This document shows, in pieces, positions 59,297-64,000 of a stretch of 64,000 bases of DNA. Under the pieces are notes generated by a model. It was not told the origin of the DNA. It made no database searches and saw only the letters and a program-made list of their open reading frames with translations. This DNA is from Botryllus schlosseri (Eukaryota). How positions within the stretch are numbered: position 1 is the stretch's first letter; every line of letters begins with the position of its first letter. A program made the position numbers and the translations under genes. The stretch covers positions 1,178,001-1,242,000 of the forward strand of contig CM119379.1 of NCBI GenBank assembly GCA_051294905.1, written 5' to 3'.

Positions 59297-60129
59297 CCGT
59301 ACATAATAGACAGTCACGTATAATTGATTTTCGGTCGACTTGTCAAAATCATGCCTCGCTTCTCCAAATGAGCGTTTCTCAGCGTTTTATACTGCGTACG
59401 GCCACCCAGTTTCGGGAAAGACAACAGCCTGGGCCTTCGAGATGGTTGCGGCGCTTGTACCTTGTCAAACAGACGGCCCGTTGATGAGCGATCCACCTCT
59501 GACGAACTTGATGGTACGCTGGATGCGTTCAATGATTGCAGGCTTCCCTTCAAGTTTCTCATGTCTATTAACAACCACACAAACGAGGCTCAAAAATAGG
59601 TTTGGACACATTTCCTAAGCACACATAATCAGGGCATATCAGGGCTAAAAGTATGGTATAAGGGTAACGAATAGGGCTTTATGTAAGACGCAATTGCCGT
59701 GCTCAATCATGATAAAGAAACACGTACATCGTACAAACTACTGGATTTTCACGATGATAAACTAGAACTAGAATTACTCACTTTTCAAAACTCGCAACTA
59801 GAATTAACGACGTTTCAAAATAACTAGATTAAATTTCAAAGCAACCTATTCAATTTTATTTCATCAAAATCGGATCGGCTTTCCACACAACCATCAGTAT
59901 ATGTTTAAACTGGTGCATCGACCCACAAAACCCACCCCTGGCTACGTCACTGTTAGTGGTGACGACTCTGAGTTAGCAATGGCTAAGAACATCTCACAAC
60001 GGAACACCGGTCTCACGATTCACGACGACACGTGTTTTCTAGTTGTTTGACAACTAAATTTTATCAATTGCGGAACTAGAACTACCCAAAAAACCAGTAG
60101 TTAGTTGACTATCAAGTAACTAAATAGGT

Positions 60130-61986
60130 AATTTGTACAAGTCTGATGATCAGAATATATATATATTGGATTTTAAAGTTGAAAGGAATGGATTATATTC
60201 ACAGCACAATGATATTCCTCCTTTTCAGCAATCCAATCCAACCAGAGAAACTAGAGTGATACCAGCTTTGTTGCAAGGTCAATGACAGAAAATAGCGCAC
60301 ACACGATTGACAACATCACAGCTGTCTCTACCACCAAGAAAATGCACATGCAATCTCGAACACACCCTATCATCAGAACAAAGGGATATAATTTCAACAT
60401 ACTTGTCATAATCGATTGCATATTCCAGGATAGAAAAAAGATGAACAAAGCGAGCAAAATCAGTTATACACACACGCACACAGTCGTTCACCAGCGTCAA
60501 CGTAATAACCTGTCGAGATTAACCAAAAAATTAGATGATAAAATACCAGGGAAGATTGCCAAGCACACCATCACATCACTCCATTCTATAGATAACCCTT
60601 GATATGATACTACATGATATGGTCAAGGCTTAGCAAGCCAATGAGACGTTCCTTACAAGCTGAGTATCAGATTGAAAATACCATTCAAACATAATCTCAA
60701 ATAGAGAGAACCCATAAAAAGATGAATTCCCTAGCAGTTTTACAAACATCAAACTAGGAAGAGTAAATCACTGCAACAACTTTATTTAAAGACTTGTATA
60801 GGACACTTGATTTAACACGACACACGATATAAATGCTACGTTAAGCACGCTGATGTGTCACTGCAAAGCACATTATTTAGAATTAAGGTGATCTGGTTCA
60901 CTCAAAATGAACAAGGACTATGAGATACTGATACACCTTTGCATACAAAAGGATTTCACTTCACAAAAGCAACAAGTCAGATACTCAGCTGAGTTACGAA
61001 CGCCCAATAGACTGTGACCAAATCTGGAATATGGCCCATAAAACATGAGGTGACCGACTAAATGAATGTTAATCATGACTCTACCGAGCAAATGCAGTAC
61101 AAAATGACACCACCTAGTTACCGCCACCAACATCATTCACTGATGATGTTAAATGAACAAGGCCGCGCGCAATGGTTTCACAACTCGAATCCGAACCAAG
61201 TATCAATTATTATGTTTCCAGCCCAGTAACGAGAGTGGACGTTTCAAACACCAAAATAATACGCCCTCGCAACTAAGAGCGAATTTAATCACTCAAGAAC
61301 AACGAACATACAACGAAAGACTTCAAACTTTCATGAAACAAGATTTCTGCATGATAGTCATCGAGTTGCTGTAATATCTCTGAAGCGCTACGTTATAGTT
61401 ACTCCCAACAACTTGGACGCGAAACACACTCATTAGGACATTACAGGAGAACGGATGATTGGGAAAATTCAAAATTGACATTTGAGTGACCACAAATACG
61501 GTAACGCCAATTCAGCAACACATACAGATCAATATGGTATTTTTACGATCATTCCCATTTCATCGGACTTTGTGACAATGCTGTAGCATTACCATGAGAC
61601 TGCACAAACAAAACATATCCACTAACGTGCATACTGTATAGTTTTGTACCAGAGTACCTGTTTCGTATACCGTGATGCGACTAATCGGGGTTTCAAGGAT
61701 TCCATGTTGGGAACAAAGTATCAAGTACAAGAGTACCGAAATTCTCGTTGTTAATGACAAGAGAAGCGTATCACTTCAGTACTAGAAAAATCATCTCTCA
61801 TTATCCGACTCGAACCATTGTGCAAAGCCTTAGCATTCACACACCCTGCACCGCGCAGTCAAAGAAAGCCAACACCACGCATGCACGATAAACGAACGTT
61901 AATTACCGGCGTATTTGTGAGACATCACCACGAGCATGTAGACTGCGAGTTTGGCAGATGGGGGGAGCTCCCGTCATTATCACTAC
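60130..61986 (-). other. Possible terminal exon and long 3' UTR of an upstream minus-strand gene
   Basis: Strong acceptor CTCTCTTTTCTTTGTAG| at 61986, a short frame SDNDGSSPHLPNSQSTCSW* (stop 61925-61927), then about 1.8 kb that is T/G-rich on the minus strand and free of recognisable MITEs. Confidence 0.3.
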
Positions 61987-62135
61987 CTACAAAGAAAAGA
62001 GAGCCGAGCTACGGTGATATGCATCGCTACACGGATCACAAATGCAATGGCGGAGAGGTGATTCCCTGAAACTCACAAGACAAACCGTCACCAGATCACA
62101 GGAAATTCCTTTGGACCAAAGCCCCTTGACAGAGC

Positions 62136-62815
62136 TGGACAACCAGAAAAATTTCAACTTTTCCAAAGTAGCTTAGAGTTAGAATTGAAGCTATTAGTTT
62201 TTTTTTCAAATGAAACTAGATTTAGAATGACAACTGCACAGTTTATTCAAATTTAGATTGTAATCGGAATTATAGCTACACAAGTTTTTAGAAAGTAGAT
62301 TATAATTATAATTACTGAATTCGTGAAAAGTTCGACGTCGACTCAAGTTCAGTTGATTCTCATAAGCATGGGAATAGCGAATGACTTTACGCCAGGCTTG
62401 GCTCATTTCGTATGACACAGTTCTCCAGCAGCATTTTCAGGAAAACTAAAATTCACATTAGAATTCAAATGAGAGCAAAGAAACATTTGACAAATTAGAT
62501 TACAATCAGATTTGTGAAAAGTTTCTATGCCTTCACTTTATTGCAAATCTAATTTCTGCTACAGGAGAACTACATCGTGCACAATGAGCCAAGCTCAGAG
62601 TGCAGACATTTGCCATTCTCTTGCTGATCAGAATGAACTCTGCTTTCATAGGAAATGAACTTGATTGCTGATGCATATCTTTCTAATTAGTTATGGAATT
62701 CAATGTTTTTGCCAAATTGGTTGCTCTAATTCAAATCTGATTTGGGAAGAAACTGCGTCGCTATCATTCTCATTCTAATTTAATTTGAAAAAGCTGTAAA
62801 TATCCTAGTTGCCCA
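62136..62815. mobile_element. Foldback element with long inverted arms (same family as 19011-19469)
   Basis: Ends TGGACAACCAG / CTAGTTGCCCA. The left half carries the subrepeats in reverse orientation and the right half in forward orientation. Confidence 0.65.
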
Positions 62816-64000
62816 AATGCGTCTTAGCGTGGACGGTCGAGAATGCGGTAAAGATGACCGAAAAAACACAGTCCTATAATGTGATCAACTGTGATCGGGA
62901 AGGGACAGAAACGAAAAGTGAAAGGAGCTAATCGAGCCGCGGTTGAGCTATAAACTACACCGATTACTACATAAAGCTGAGAAAAAGTAACCAGCGTTGC
63001 TACTCAAGTTGAATGCTGTGAATTTCTGCTCAATTACATGTAGCAATCTCCAAGACAAGTCGGAAGGTTCCGAGTCACGAGTCAATCTCAATTTTACAGG
63101 TTTGACTAGGGTCAAGTCGATTCATTTTCAATTATTTCCAGTTATTGGAGTATAAAATTTAGCATCTTAAATCAAAAAATAGTATTTACAGTCAGAAATT
63201 CCACCATTTACCTATTCTACTCCAATAAGCTTGCTTCTATGGGCTGGAATTGAACCTCATTCGATGTGCAACATTTTATTTAGACACGGAACACTTTCAT
63301 ACGGCAGACAATAAAATTCGAATTTTTTTCACCCAAAGCATTTTAGGCAACCCAACATCATCACATAGCTCGTAAAATTTGAAAAAAAGTTTTATTCGAG
63401 CAATTCCATTGTCCGGTCATTGCACCTGATAAGAAACACATTACTTCAATTTAGTTTGCAAAAGATACTATTCTATTCCTTGGTCTTAGAAATAGCCGAA
63501 AATTTTTTCATGTCATCAGTGTAGTTCAAGCTCAACCGCTTGATCCAACAAGATCACTACAGACACAAGACAGCTATTCGAGTGACATGTCGCTAAATAA
63601 AAAAACGATCACGTCTACCAAGCTATATAGTCACTACGCTGTTTTGACGTACATGCAAGGCCTCCGAGCGACGCGAGCTGACCTGTAAAGGCATAGAAAA
63701 TAACCGACATCATTAGTGCTTGGCAGGGCAGGGCAGAGTGGAGTGCCTGAGTGAATCTGAGTCGAGCATTGGAGGATTACTCATTATCAAGTCTCAAGAA
63801 CATGAATGGCGAGAAAACGTTAAACATGTACCTTTTATGCGCCCACCAAGAATATAATGCCCGCTCTACATCACATCAAAGACTATTTCACATTTTTCAA
63901 CCAGACCTATTTCAATGCACTTTGGAAAATGCTGTGGGTTGATCACGACTTCACAAATGTGTTAGTTGCACTAACGTGCGCAACAAACATAGTTGTACAA

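Noticed and set aside
63690-64000. Possible coding or retroelement fragment at the window end
   Set aside because: No recognisable motif and it is truncated by the window edge.

Overview
AT-rich animal genomic DNA with spliceosomal introns as short as 58-60 nt. An invertebrate chordate such as an ascidian is plausible, but this is inference and cannot be confirmed here. Two multi-exon genes were rebuilt by hand on the minus strand with consistent splice phases. The first is a 19-exon CLCA-family gene (1129-19686, about 1006 aa). The second is a divergent 9-exon SLC5A7/CHT1-like transporter (25644-54643, 522 aa) that has lost most of the aromatic residues that bind choline in human CHT1. The introns are densely packed with transposons: many hAT elements and MITEs with 8-bp TSDs nested up to three deep, a full-length but disabled I-group (RNase H-containing) LINE with a 14-bp TSD, a Penelope GIY-YIG remnant, Penelope-type minimal hammerhead ribozyme motifs, two tRNA-derived SINE families, Crack/Daphne-like LINE tails and a foldback family. 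Between the genes lies a frameshifted fragment resembling an ionotropic glutamate receptor S2-M4 region. There are no CRISPR arrays, rRNA or true tRNA genes. All similarity calls come from reading motifs by eye; no database search was run.
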